Assembly: GCF_009914755.1 (NCBI RefSeq)
Contig: NC_060939.1
Length of the DNA: 64,000 bases
From: the human T2T-CHM13v2.0 reference genome, Homo sapiens
Reading direction: 5' to 3' (one strand)
The number at the start of each line of letters is the position of its first letter. Position 1 is the first letter of the stretch. The notes under the pieces are model-generated. The model had not been told where the DNA came from and did not search any database. It saw only the letters and a program-made list of their open reading frames with translations. The position numbers and the translations under genes are program-made. Of the stretch, positions 15,418 through 43,502 are shown piece by piece.

Positions 15418-17574
15418 TAGTGCGCTTTTTTTTTTTTTTTTTTTTTTTAACCAAACAAACGATGAAGTCTCAGGAGTAAAAGTTGATACACAAGTAAATT
15501 TTATTGGTAATGTTTTTGTGTGGTCTTTAAGCAGAGGGAAAATTAGTCTGCATTATGGTGTATCCAGACTAAATAACTGATATTAAAATGAAATTATCCT
15601 TAGGATTTGCAATCTTAGAGAAAACTTTTTCATTTTTTTTGAGTTACAAATTATCTTCACTTACATTTGAGAACAGTGAGTCACAGAGGGATTAAGTATC
15701 TTACTCAAGATCTTGCAAGTGTTTGGTTTGAACCCAATCTTTTCACTCTGCAGAACTCAGAGTCACTCTTATTTGGAAACTTTTTAACTGATGTGGATCC
15801 TCTAATATGGGCTTCCTATTATTCATTCCGTATTAGTCAGAAGTTTTGCAAGCAGGCAGAATTCATTTTGCCAATTACGGGATTTTCCCTCAGTTGCAGT
15901 CAAGGTTCATAAAACTATAACTATTTATCTTTAATTATAAATTTTGTTTTTGAGACAAAGTCTTGCTCTGTTGCTCAGACTGGGATCCAGTGGCACAGTA
16001 ACAGCCCATTGCAGCTTTGAACTCCTGGGCTCAAGGGATCCTCCGCCTCAGCCTCCCAAGTATCTGGGACTACAAGTGCATGCCATCATCCCTGGCTAAT
16101 TTTGTTAAAAAAAAAAAATTGTAGAGATAGGGTCTTGCTTCGTTGCCCAGGCTGGTCTCAAACTCCTGGCCTCAAGCAAGCCTTCAGCCTTGGTCTCCCA
16201 AAGGGCTGAGATTACAGGTGTCAGCCATTGCACCTGGCCAAAACTGTAACTATATATACACACACACATAACTACATATATATGTGTGTGTGTGTGTGTG
16301 TATGTATGTGTGTGTGTATATATATTTTTATATATAAATAGATATATCTGAAAGGCATCAAAAGAAAAAAGCTGTAACTTTTAGTCTTGATCTTGATAGT
16401 GACTTGATTAGGCTATCTGTTTAACATCAAAGATGCAAATTAATGCTTTCTTTGGGTGAGCATATTAAAAATGCAGAAAATATTGGAGTAGTTTTTTATG
16501 TTAAATAAATTGTATTCTGTGTATTTAAGGTATACAACATGATTTTATGGGATGCATATAGATGGTTAAAAAAAATTACTACAGTGAAGCAAATTAACGT
16601 ATCCTTCAACTCAGATAGTTACCCGTTTTCTTTTTGTTTGGTGGCAAGAGGAGCTTAAAATCTCATTTAGCGTGAATCCCAAATACAGCACAATTTTATT
16701 ACCTATATTTCTCGCGTTGTACATTATATTTCTAGGCTTGTTCATCCTACATATCTGCTACTGTGTAACCTCTGAGCTATGTCCACCCATTTTCTCTCTT
16801 GCCCCCCAAGTAATTTCCTAAAGTGTCTCATATAAAAAGGCAGTAGCTTTCAGCTTAAACTTTTTCTCTGTATATATTTAAGTCAATTTCTTTGAGGTAT
16901 GTTTTTCTCTCCAGAATAGTTAGATGTAGGCATACCACTTTAATGTTGACACTAGTTCACCTAGAACTTATCTTCTGCAAATCTGTCTCTATGTCCATCT
17001 CTGTCTCCATCTTTGTCTCTGTCTTTATCTCTGTCTATCTATCTATCCATCCATCCATCCATCCATCTATCTCTCTATCCATCTATCTGTCTATCTAACT
17101 AAAGCAAATTCATGCCCTTCTCCTATTTATGGAATCGAGACCATAAACAGAGGTGAGGGAAAGAATTTGGCAGGAATTGCGATGTGTATTACCTGTGGCA
17201 TAAGGAAACTTTACAGAACTAGGGTCAAAAGTATACTTTCTAGTTCTTTCCCATGGCTTTTCACTTTGATGTAGTCCTTATCAGGCAACTGAGGTTTTAT
17301 ATAAGTCCCCTGATTCTTAGAACATGAAGGTGTAGTATTCAAGTTTGGTCCCTTGAAACCACAATTTTTGTTAAAAAAAATTAAGAAAATTGTATAATTT
17401 CCTCAGCAAATACATATTGATCATCTGTTATACAGCCATGAGAAGTGGTTCTGTTGAACACGTTTATTTTATCAGATCCCAATTCTAAACCAGGCATAGA
17501 ATGGAAACCATGAAGGTAGGATGAAATAACTTCTGAATGTTTGAAAATAGTGTACTTAAAAATAAATATCAGGT

Positions 17575-17903
<329 letters not shown>

Positions 17904-18437
17904 TAAGTATCAGCACTGCCTCTTCAATCTTTTCTATTACTATGTTGTGCTCAGTGGTATTTTTTATTGAATTAGAGCAGTGCTGTTCAATGGAACCTTC
18001 TTTGAGGATGGAAATCTTTTATGTCTCTGCTGTGTGGGTATGGTATTAGCTGGGTATGGGGCACCTGCCTATAGTCCCAGCTACTCAAGAGGCTGAGGTG
18101 GGAGGATCACTTGAGCCCAGGAGGCCGAGTCTGCAGGTTCGTACCACTGCAATTCAGCCTGTGTGACAGAATGAGACTCAGTCTCAGAATAAAATGAAAT
18201 AAGGAAATAAAAATGTAATTGTTGAAATAAGAAACTAGTGGATGGATTAGACACGAGAAGAAAGAATTAATTGTTTAGGCGATTCTCTCCAAAAAGTAAG
18301 TCAGCATGTCACACAGAGAGACATGAGGATGGATGATAGGGCAGAAGTTGGTGGGCTTGGAGGGGAGAGGAAGATCAGAATGAGGTCCAAAATGTGTCTT
18401 AGTGAAATCCCAGGAGGAGATATTAAAATTATATTAG

Positions 18438-18766
<329 letters not shown>

Positions 18767-19269
18767 CAAAAGCTTTGTGTTTTTACAAATATTACACATG
18801 TTTCTTGTTTAAGAAAAAAAGTCTTCACAATAACGTAGGAGAATAAGAGAAACATTTTTCCAAAAAAGAGAAGTCATTGTGATTATTTTATCTTATTGGA
18901 ATGTTGGATAATATAGTCTGCTTCAGTAATCATCAAGCATGCTATGGATTTTCCATTTTCATAGGATCTGTATCTCGGTTAAGGTAATACTGGTAATTTT
19001 TGTACTCTATGAAAAATATAGGCCAAAATCATAGACCTTGCATAGAAGCTGGATCATGAAGACAGCTCTGGAGGAACACACAGGTACACACACACAGACA
19101 CACATATATATAAAGTATACACATATATATATTTTTAAAAGCTTTTAAAGCAAAAGCCGGCCCTGCCCCTCTCCCAGAGTTGGCGGCCTCTCCCCTCTCT
19201 TAGGGTGGGTGGGGACAGTGGTTGCCTGGGCAGCTTTCCTTGTGAGCCAAAGGTCCCTCTGGACACATG

Positions 19270-19350
19270 ATGCCTGGCCACGCCCCCTTTCCCTTTCATC
19301 TTTCTCATTAACCAATGGGCTTGGAGCATTAAGGCCACGCCCCTATTCTG
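19270..19350 (+). promoter_or_regulatory. GOLGA8 proximal promoter: two GGCCACGCCC (SP/KLF) boxes around a CCAAT box
   Basis: ggccacgccc at ~19276 and ~19333 and ccaat at 19312, 100-200 bp upstream of the start codon. Confidence 0.55.
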
Positions 19351-19485
19351 CCTTCTACTGCATCCCTGGTTACGCCTCCTCTGGCTCAGTCGCACAGCTA
19401 CCTGGTAGGTGACTGGAGGTGTTGATCAGTGCTTGGTGGGATTTTGCTGATGTGGCCCCAAGCCCGCCTCCCTCCCCACCCTGCG

Positions 19486-29786
<10,301 letters not shown>

Positions 29787-32700
29787 ACATCACCATCGTC
29801 AAAGAGCTGCTGAAGAAATTTTTAAAAAAGAAACAAAGTTATGGGGTTAATCTCCTACACAATTCATTTACTTCGTTTGAATGTTATAGCCACTTATGAT
29901 TATTTGTGTTTCTAATTTATAGTTTAAGTTTATTTGTAAATAGTTAAAAGAGAGTGGGTCTCTGTGGCTTTCACTGATGTTCACTCTGGCATACTTTCGC
30001 AATTTTCTTTTTCAATTTCATAATTGTAGGTCATTAGCATGCATATTGAGTTTGCCCTTACGTGGTGGGAGTTCAAACACACAAAGACCCACTATTTGCA
30101 CAAAACTATTCTTGCTGGTTTGGAATAGGCTGCCATGTGTTTTTAATGTTATTGCAGCATGTATATTCATTACAGAATTCAGATAAAATGTGCCTATGTT
30201 CTGCTGTTGTTTGATCTAATCTTAATCACAGTGAGCTCTTCATTAGCACAATATGTGGTTTGCCCCAAGTGTGCACTATTTAATACTTTGTAATATGCCA
30301 CCAAGAGTACTGACATTTAGAGTTGTTTAAAGGCCGAGAACTGGAAACAGCCTTTCCCTCATTTTCTGTGTATTGGTGATGGGAGTAATAACATTTTGGG
30401 GGAGCTTTTTAAATTTCACAGAAGAGGAAAGTTGCCTGCTCTGGCAGGTATGTGCAAGATAGAGTGTGTTTCATTTGTTCTGTTGCCAAGAATTAGTGCT
30501 GTACTATTGTAGTTCCTTTAGGATTTGTATGTGCTCTGGGCTCATGAAGATATTGCATCATGAGCTTCAGCAGTTGTACTCTTTTTTGATGACCTAAAAA
30601 GGGCTTATTTCTGAGGAATGAAAGGTTCCCATCATTGACTACGGATGTGGAAAACCTTTCCTAGCTTAGAGCATTTGTATCTATATTTTAAAGTCAGAGT
30701 TCATGTTACCTGTTTTAATCACATGACTGCATGTCCCAGTACACAAAAGGGCACTGGTTGGCATTCTTCTTAATGTATTTAGTAAAGATCAGAAGAAATC
30801 CTTTAAGAGTTCAAATGTCCCTGGAACAGGCATACAGGCTCTAGTCAAGAATGAATTAGAGTGAAGGAAAGCTGTGTGACACCTGGCATTCCTCTGTTCA
30901 TGGAGCTTCTTTGAGGCTTGAAGATTGATTTTACCATCTAGACCACTCTGCCTATTCTTCAACCACCTTGGTTACTTTGACATAGGAATTGACTTCTTTT
31001 CCTTGAATGGAAAACACTTTGAAATAATAATAAACATTGTTATAAACTAATATATGTGAGAGTGCTTAGTTGAAACAAAAAGGAGTTTTAGTAGACAGTA
31101 TTATACTATCTTTGAAAATCAAGGAGAAGTTTATGCAACTTAAAATGTGTACAAACTGCAGTGCAATCTACTGTTGGTGAATGTCAGTGTATTATCAGGA
31201 AACATGTCTATACAATCACAGAGTTATATTTCCTCACAAACTTCTTTGTGAAGAGTGAAATGTGTTTCTGTACCTCTGGGTTTCACTTACGGGCATATTT
31301 TGTGCAGTATTTATGTGATTGTGCCTATGCATGATGAATGAATGAATTTCAGTTGTACATTGCCTAAATCATAACTTGATGATGCTTGGGAAAGACTCAA
31401 CAGTTAAAACTTCATGAAGTTCTAATGTCTGTGTTCCAAAACACATCACATTATTAGGATGTAGGGAGATATGTATGTGTGCTCCCTGGGGTGGGGATTT
31501 CTAGTTACTAGACCATCTCCATTTTTAGCATTTGGCATCCTCATGATACTTTTATAAATACGACATTAACAGGAGAGCAGCAGTACGATTTTGCCGATGG
31601 AATAACAGATTTGCCGGCAATCACTGAAAGAGTGCAAACATCGGGTCCTTGTGACTTCAACGGACTCTTCCAAATTGTATGAATGTATCAATGTATTAGA
31701 TAAACCCAGTTTCAGAATGATAAAGAAAAAATGTTAGACCAAATAATGCGGCTAGTTAACAGTGGTACGATTTCTCGCCCGTGGCTTTAAAATGCACTTA
31801 AAGTCCTGTCCTTGCCTTTTATTTTCTGAACTTGATGTTTTTGCATTCTTTGAGTTCAGTTTAAAGACAACTACGAGCATCTGTAACCAATCTGACAATA
31901 ATGTGTTCATCAGGTGCCTGTGGATTAAATCACATACTGGCATATTTAAGCTGAATGTCAATCTGGAAAATAAATTGACTGTATTAACGGAAATACCACT
32001 CTTTGTGTAGATATTTGTCGTATATTGAAGAAAAAGCTAAAAAGAATGGAAATCGCATGACTATAACTTAAGTCTTTCTTCAAAGTGCATGCAGTCTTTT
32101 GCGATACCTCATTCAGCCAAGTATTGGTATTCTTCCTCATTCGGTATAAGGCAGCTTTCAATTTGCTTAGAGGGCAACATTGGAAGGTTAGAGTTCATCA
32201 GAAACAGAATTCTAAAATGTGAGTTCAATTCAATAAATTTGAATTTCTGTAGGAAGAATCAAATCACCGATTTAAAGATTGCAATATATAATAATCATTT
32301 TTAAAGTATTGGATTAAATCTGATAGGTTTTCCAGAAATGAACAAAAATCAGCTCTAAAACCAAAGCTGATTTTTAGAAAATTTGAAAATGTAAATCAGC
32401 CCTATCCATACTATAGTTTCTCTAAAACTTTATCTGAAAGAGTCATTTTAAAATAACTATTAAACAATGTAACTGCTATCTTAATGTTCTGAAATAAGTT
32501 AAAACATTTTAAAATATGAATACTGTAAAGGAAATAAACGGTGGGAAGGAAAAGTAGAGAAAGAAATGCCAATTCCAGTCCAAAGCTTTATTTGCCAAGT
32601 TTTCTTAGAATGAATTTTACCAATTTATGAATTCTTGTAAGCGGAATGTAAAACGGAAATACTGAAAGACTTTTGCCTAAAGTGGCATTATTGACTGCTG

Positions 32701-32910
32701 GTGTGATGCTACTGTAATGTAATAAATTATTAAGTTGTTGCAAAGTGCTGTTTTTGCCTTAAAATTTTATTCTGTGTGTCTTCAAAAATATAGTATTAAA
32801 GGTATTGATACTGTGCAAATGCTGGGCATGCTTGGCATGAGATAATGTTTCATTTTTACAAAATTGTAATATAACTATGCAAGGGTTTATTAAAAGAACA
32901 CAAAATAAAA
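29787..32910 (+). other. GOLGA8 long 3'UTR (chr15 core element, reported as ITSN2-3'UTR-derived)
   Basis: Repeat-free AT-rich ~3.1 kb ending in AATAAA at 32904, bounded by aaagttatggg(g/a)ttaa. The ITSN2 origin is from recalled literature, not from an alignment. Confidence 0.6.
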
Positions 32911-33085
32911 AAGTTATGGGATTAACAAAAGTTATGGGGTGAAAAAGTTATGGGATAAAAAATGTAAAAAAGTTGTGGCAAAAAAATCTTGTGACCAAAA
33001 AGTAGAAGAAAGTTTTATGAAAAGTTACCAAAAAAAGTTATGAAAAAGAAGTTATGGGATTTAAAAAAAAAGGCATGGGATAAAA
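32905..33085 (+). repeat. Degenerate A-rich minisatellite (aaaaagttatggga)n
   Basis: About 9 variants of aaagttatg(g)g separated by A runs. Confidence 0.8.
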
Positions 33086-33964
33086 ATAAAAATTAAAATT
33101 AAAAGCAGGCCCCTGTCAGCAAAGCCTGGAGAAGTGGGGCCGGGGTCTCCACCACCACACTGTCCCTATCTCCCCTTCCCAGTCACCCCTTTACAATTAG
33201 GGTAGCAGGACAAGACCTCTGTCTAACGAGGAAAGACAAACAGACCCTTTGCCACCTTGACCAGAGCTGAGTCCTTAAATTTCTGGATGATATTGTTATT
33301 TAAGAGCCAGAGGCTGGTGGAGTTGGTTTGTTTGGAGGAGGCCTCATGGCCTCCTTACTCTCACCATAGCAACTTTTCCCTCAGTGGGGGCTCCAATCTT
33401 CTTATTCAGAGAGGTAGCTGAGGCAGGACAGTGGGGCTAACTGTGGACCAGGCGAAGGCACGGGCTGCTGGGGTGGCCCCCCTTCCCCGGTGTATATATT
33501 GTGTCTGTGTAAGGTTTTGTATATTCCAGAGGGTAGGGCCACCCCTGTATCATACCTAGCGGTGGTTGGAGGTGGCACATGGGGAGGAGGTTCTAATAAT
33601 TATTTGTGGCTGGGAAACTTACTTATTGCTAGCATAGGACAGAGGAAGAAGGCAGGGATGGGGTCATGGCTTCCCAGTGGTGTGATCACAGTTCACTGCA
33701 ACCTCCAACTCTCATGCTCAAGTGATCCTCCCACCTCAGCCTCCCAGGTAGCTGGGAGTATAAGCATGCACTACTATGCCTGGCTAATTTTTAAATTTTT
33801 TGTAGAGAAAAGGTCTTGCTATGTTGCCCATGCTGGTCTTGAACTCCTGGGCTCAAGCGATTCTCCCATCTTGGCCTCCCAAAGCACTGGGGTTACAGGC
33901 ATGAGACATTGCTCCTGTCCATAAGATTTTCTCTTTATTACTGTTTTGTTGTTGGTGGTGGTGT

Positions 33965-34263
33965 TTTGTTTTGTTTTTATTTTTTGACAGAGTCTCGGTC
34001 TGTTGCCTAAGCTGGAGTGCAGTGGTGCAATCTCTGCTCACTGCAACCTCCGCCTCCTGGTTCAAGCAATTCTTATGCCTCAGCCTCCCGAGTACCTGGG
34101 GTTATAGGCATAAGCCACTGCGCCTGGCTAATTTTTGGATTTTTAGTAGAGACAGAGTTTTGCCATGTTGGCCAGATTGGTCTTCAACTCCTGGCCTTAA
34201 GCAATCCGCCCTCCTCAGCCTCCCAAAGTGCTGGGATTACAGGTGTGAGCCACTGCTCCTGGC
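33965..34263 (-). mobile_element. AluS, preceded by an AluJ remnant at 33675-33918
   Basis: Reverse Alu. Confidence 0.85.
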
Positions 34264-35489
34264 TAAGATCCCATCTCTATTTAAATAAAAAAAGAAAATT
34301 CAGAATCTATGGAACACAGAACACCAAAGGCCAGTTATTTACCTCTCTGAGGTAATCTGTGTAAACAATTTGATATATATCCTTTCAAGTTCATACTTGC
34401 TATGCATACATATATATATACACACATACATTGACATATTCCCCCTTCCCTGCTGTCATGCTATTAGTCTTCTTTTTTTTGTAGAAATTGGACCAACTCT
34501 ATGTTCTTTGCTGGCCCGTATTTCTCCTATTCAGTGATGTGTTATGAATATCTGTTTAAGTCAATGTATGCAACTCTTTAATATCATTTTAAAAGGTTAC
34601 GACATACGATCATATGAAGGCATTAGAATTTATTCCAACAGTTCCCTTTTGCACATTTAATAATTTCCATTGATTTGCCAGGAAGAACATTCTCGTGTCA
34701 TGGCTAAATCCTTTTGTATGGACATCCTTAATTATTCCCTTAAGATAAACTTTTAAATAAAGTTGCTAGATTAGTCTCGTTTCTTAAGTTCTTTTTTGGT
34801 AGTTTATATGTAACACTGTAGTTTTATATGTACTTACAAATACCTATAGTGCCAGTAGAAAATGGGATAAAATTAAACTCTTTCACATATGCCAAATATA
34901 TTTTGATTTAGCGCTTTATTAAGTGCATGATTACAGTCTCTGTATCTTTTGATTTACCTTTCTATCTTTACAATTTTCAGCCGAGATACTTAGAGGTCAC
35001 ATGATAAATTAAGGTTTTCTTTTTTTAATAATCTCCATCTTTCTAAATATGGTGAGTCACAGTCAGCTATTTTTGGATTGTTGAAAGCTGTGACTGTTCT
35101 AAATCGGAGCCCAGAAATCACGCCACTTACCAAATATGCTTTGTCTTCCAACATCAGAGTGTCTGGTAGAAGGTGACTGTTCTTGGAATTTAAAAAATCT
35201 GAACAGGACAAGACAAGAATCTGGACACTTTTTCTGTTTCTGATAATATGATTGAGTAGGTAGACACGCTGGATAATCCTTGCAAAGACATACTTGAACT
35301 TCCCAAAAAAAAAAAAATAAAATCCAGAATCTCTAAGAATGAAGATGGAGTGAAAATCAGAAGGGCTGCTGAGAGAATAATGGGGAAGCAGCCCCAGTTA
35401 TCAAGGGACATGTCCATGTGTTCAATAGAAAGTTTCAGATGTAAAAAAAAGTTGAGAAAAATAATATATATATTATATATAATAAATGA

Positions 35490-35927
<438 letters not shown>

Positions 35928-36732
35928 TGAATTATTTTGAAGTAAAACCTATACATCCTATCATTTTTAATTACCTTATATGTATCTGTAGAAGACAAGG
36001 AATTCTTAAAAATAAATATATTCACAATGCCATTAAATATCAAAAAATTAATATTCTGAAAATAGCCACAAATCCAGAGTTGACATTTTGTTGACTTTCT
36101 CATAGGTGATTTTTTTTCTAGTTTATCTATTTCAATCAGATAACTGTTTGCTCATATTTACATTCCTTACTGAACAATGTCTAAACTTAAACTGACATAA
36201 AATGGAGATGATCTTCTAACCAGATGCTTAGTGTAAGAAAAAACTTCAAACTGCAAGAGGAGTCCCTCCAAATACAGAAAGGACCAGTATTTTAAGAGGT
36301 ATGTTAACTAAAATGTGGCAATGTAAGGAGCAAAGCAGGAAGAACCTTTAAGTCCTAAACTTACAAGTCAATTTCATAGTCAGTTTCCCTGGTCCTTCCA
36401 CAACAACCTCCCCCATCTGTTTTCTCTACAATGGAGGTAACAATAGTAGCTATTCCAGAGCAGGAAAAGGCTTAGAGCAGTGCTAGAAGAGGGTCGTGGC
36501 TATATAAAGTTTAGCTATTTGTATATTGTAACAAACTAACTTTTTTTGGTCAATAATAGATTTCTGTTGGAAAAGTAGCAGCCTCCTGTCTGGGGACACC
36601 TGCAGTTCCACTAAGTGAACATTGGTGTCTGCTAACCTTTGCCTCTATTTCTCTCAATATACTGTGAAGCTGTTCCTGGATTTAGCAATTTTATATACTT
36701 CTTTTTATTATTCTTTTTTTCCTTTCCCTTTT

Positions 36733-40150
<3,418 letters not shown>

Positions 40151-40778
40151 TCTGGATGTCTTTAACTTGTGATTGAAAGCGTATTAAGATGTTGGGTGTA
40201 TCAACAGTCCGGAGGACAAGAAGGAAAATCCTGGCATGTGAAATATTCTGCAACAAGAAAAGCAATCGGAGAGGTGACTACATTCACTGCAGCTGTTTTG
40301 CCCTCTTCTTCCCCACCCGCCCCCCCCGTCTCTTTCCTGGAAGTTCCCTAGTAAGAAGTAAAAGAGATAATGGCTTTCGAGTGCATGTTTTTCCTGGAAT
40401 TGGAAGGAATTTTAACAAAGGAGCCCTTCACAATGAAACCCCCCCACACCCCTGCTTTTCACCTGAAGTAGGACAAGATCGTCGCCCCCACCATCATTCT
40501 CCACGTGACCCCAGGTGGGGATGGGTAGTGGACACTACTGATAAGCTCTTAGCAATTTCCCTATTTGTGGACTCTGAAGCTCCTTAGCTTGACAACTGAT
40601 GCATAAGTTTTCTTTTGTGGGATAAGAATAGGAGAATAGGTGACCTTTTCCCCCTGAATTCCCATCCTGGGGCCAGGGAAGAGAGCCCAGGATCCCTTCT
40701 CTTGGCCTTCACACTGTGGGAAAGAGTACCTAGAGTTAAAAGCCTGATAAATGCCCTCGAACAGCTTTGAAAATCACA

Positions 40779-41587
<809 letters not shown>

Positions 41588-42121
41588 ACGTAAAGAACAA
41601 ATTAGTCCTCGTGGTAGGCCACCCCCACCCCATCTCCAGTTCACCACTTCAATCATACGACTTTCTCAGTGGACTTGAAGCCAAGCTTTCACATCAGAGC
41701 CCTCCAACCAAGAGCCTGACTGTATAACTCCTAAGAACAATCAAGTAAGAATGTTTTTCTTTCCATTCCTCACATCTGGTATCTGTTGCCTTGTGAATAG
41801 GGTGCCCATCAGCAGGAAGGGTTAGAACTAGGGTAAGTGTGTAGGGAGCAAGGCTTGAAAAGAAACAGATGAGGAAAGAGTAGCAAAATCAAGACTGTCC
41901 CAGGAAGTGAGTGTCAGTCAAAGGTTTTGAAATCCCTCAAATAGTTACTTCTGCTGTCTTGGTTTTGTCCACCTCCCTTCTTTTTTCACATACCTGCCAC
42001 CCTAAAAAGTAATACCTATGCCTAACATAGAGCTAACCAGTTAAAGAACTGCTAGTAACTTTAGAAAAGAGTCCCTTTCCCATCAGAATCAGAACAAAAT
42101 CTTTTTAAAAAAATTATTTTT

Positions 42122-42420
42122 GGCCAGGCATGGTTGTTCACACCTGTAATCCCGGCACTTTGGGGGGCTGAGGTGGGCGGATCACTTGAGGTCAGGAGTT
42201 CAAGACCAGCCTAACCAACATGGTGAAACCATGTCTCTGCTAAAAATACAAAAATCAGCCGGGTGTAGTGGCATATGCCTGTAATCCCAGCTACTCGGGA
42301 GGCTGAGGCATGAGAATCACTTGAACCTGGAGGCAGAGGGTGCAGTGAGCCAATATCGTGCCACTGCACTCCAGCCTGGGTGACACAGCGAGACTCTGTC
42401 TCAAAAAAAAAACAAAAACA
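42122..42420 (+). mobile_element. AluS followed by (TA)n
   Basis: Full Alu. Confidence 0.9.
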
Positions 42421-42694
42421 TATATATATATATATATATATAAATATATATATATATAAATATATATACATATAATTTTTTCAGGCAGGGGCAATGGCTT
42501 ATGCCTGCAATTTTAACACTTTGGGAGGCAGAGGTGGGAGGATCATTTTACCTAGGAGTTTGAGACCAGCCTGGGCAACATAGTGAGATCTTGTCTCTAC
42601 AAAAACAGTTTTAGTCAGGCGTGGTGGTGCATACCTGTAGCCCCAGCTACTTAGGAGGCTGGGGCAGGAGAATCCTGCTGCTGCATTTTGTGCT

Positions 42695-43502
42695 ACTTTT
42701 AAAAATATTTGGTAAAATTCAGGAGTAAAGCCGTCGGGTCTTGGGCTTTTCTTTCCCGGGAAACTTTTTTTTATTTTTTGAGAGGGCGTCTCGCTCTGTC
42801 GCCCAGGCTGGAGTGCAGTGGCCTGATCTCGACTCACTTGCAGGCTCCGCCCCTCAGGTTCACGCCATTCTCCTACCTCAGCCTCCTGAGTAGCTGGGAC
42901 TAGAGGCACCCGCCACCATGCCCAGCTAATTTTTTTTTTTTTTGTATTTTTTTTAGTAGAGACGGGGTTTGACCGTGTTAGCCAGGATGGTCTCCATCTC
43001 CTGACCTCGTGATCCGCCCGCCTCGGCTTCCCAAAGTGCTGGGATTACACGCGTGAGCCACTGCACCCGGCTTTTCCTGGGAAAATTGTTTCCGTCTCAC
43101 TACTTATTGGTCTTTTCAGGTTTTGGATTTCTTTGTGGTTCATTCTTGCTAGGTTGTATGTATCTAGGAAAGTATCCATTTATTCTAGATTTTCTAATTT
43201 ATTGGTCTATAGTTGCTCATACTAGCCTCTAATGATCCTTAGAATTTCTACAGTATCAATGAAAATGTCCCCATTTTCATCTTGATTTTATTTATTTAGG
43301 GTTTTTTGTTTTTTTTTAGTGTGGCTAAAGGTTACTGGTTTGGTTTATCTTTTTTAAAAAACGAACTTTTCGTTTTGTTCATATTTTGTATTTTTTCATT
43401 TCAATTTCATTAATTTTTGCTCTTATCTTTATTCTTTCCTTTCTTCTATACTTATTTTGGGTCTGGTTTATTCTTGCTTTTCTAGTTCTTTTAAGATGTA
43501 TC
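42695..43502 (-). mobile_element. L1 ORF2 fragment, host of AluY (42766-43070) and of ABCB10P; resumes at 47297-47460
   Basis: Minus-strand translation SFPGKKSPRPDGFTPEFYQIF resembles L1 ORF2p KKSPGPDGFTAEFYQ. Confidence 0.8.
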
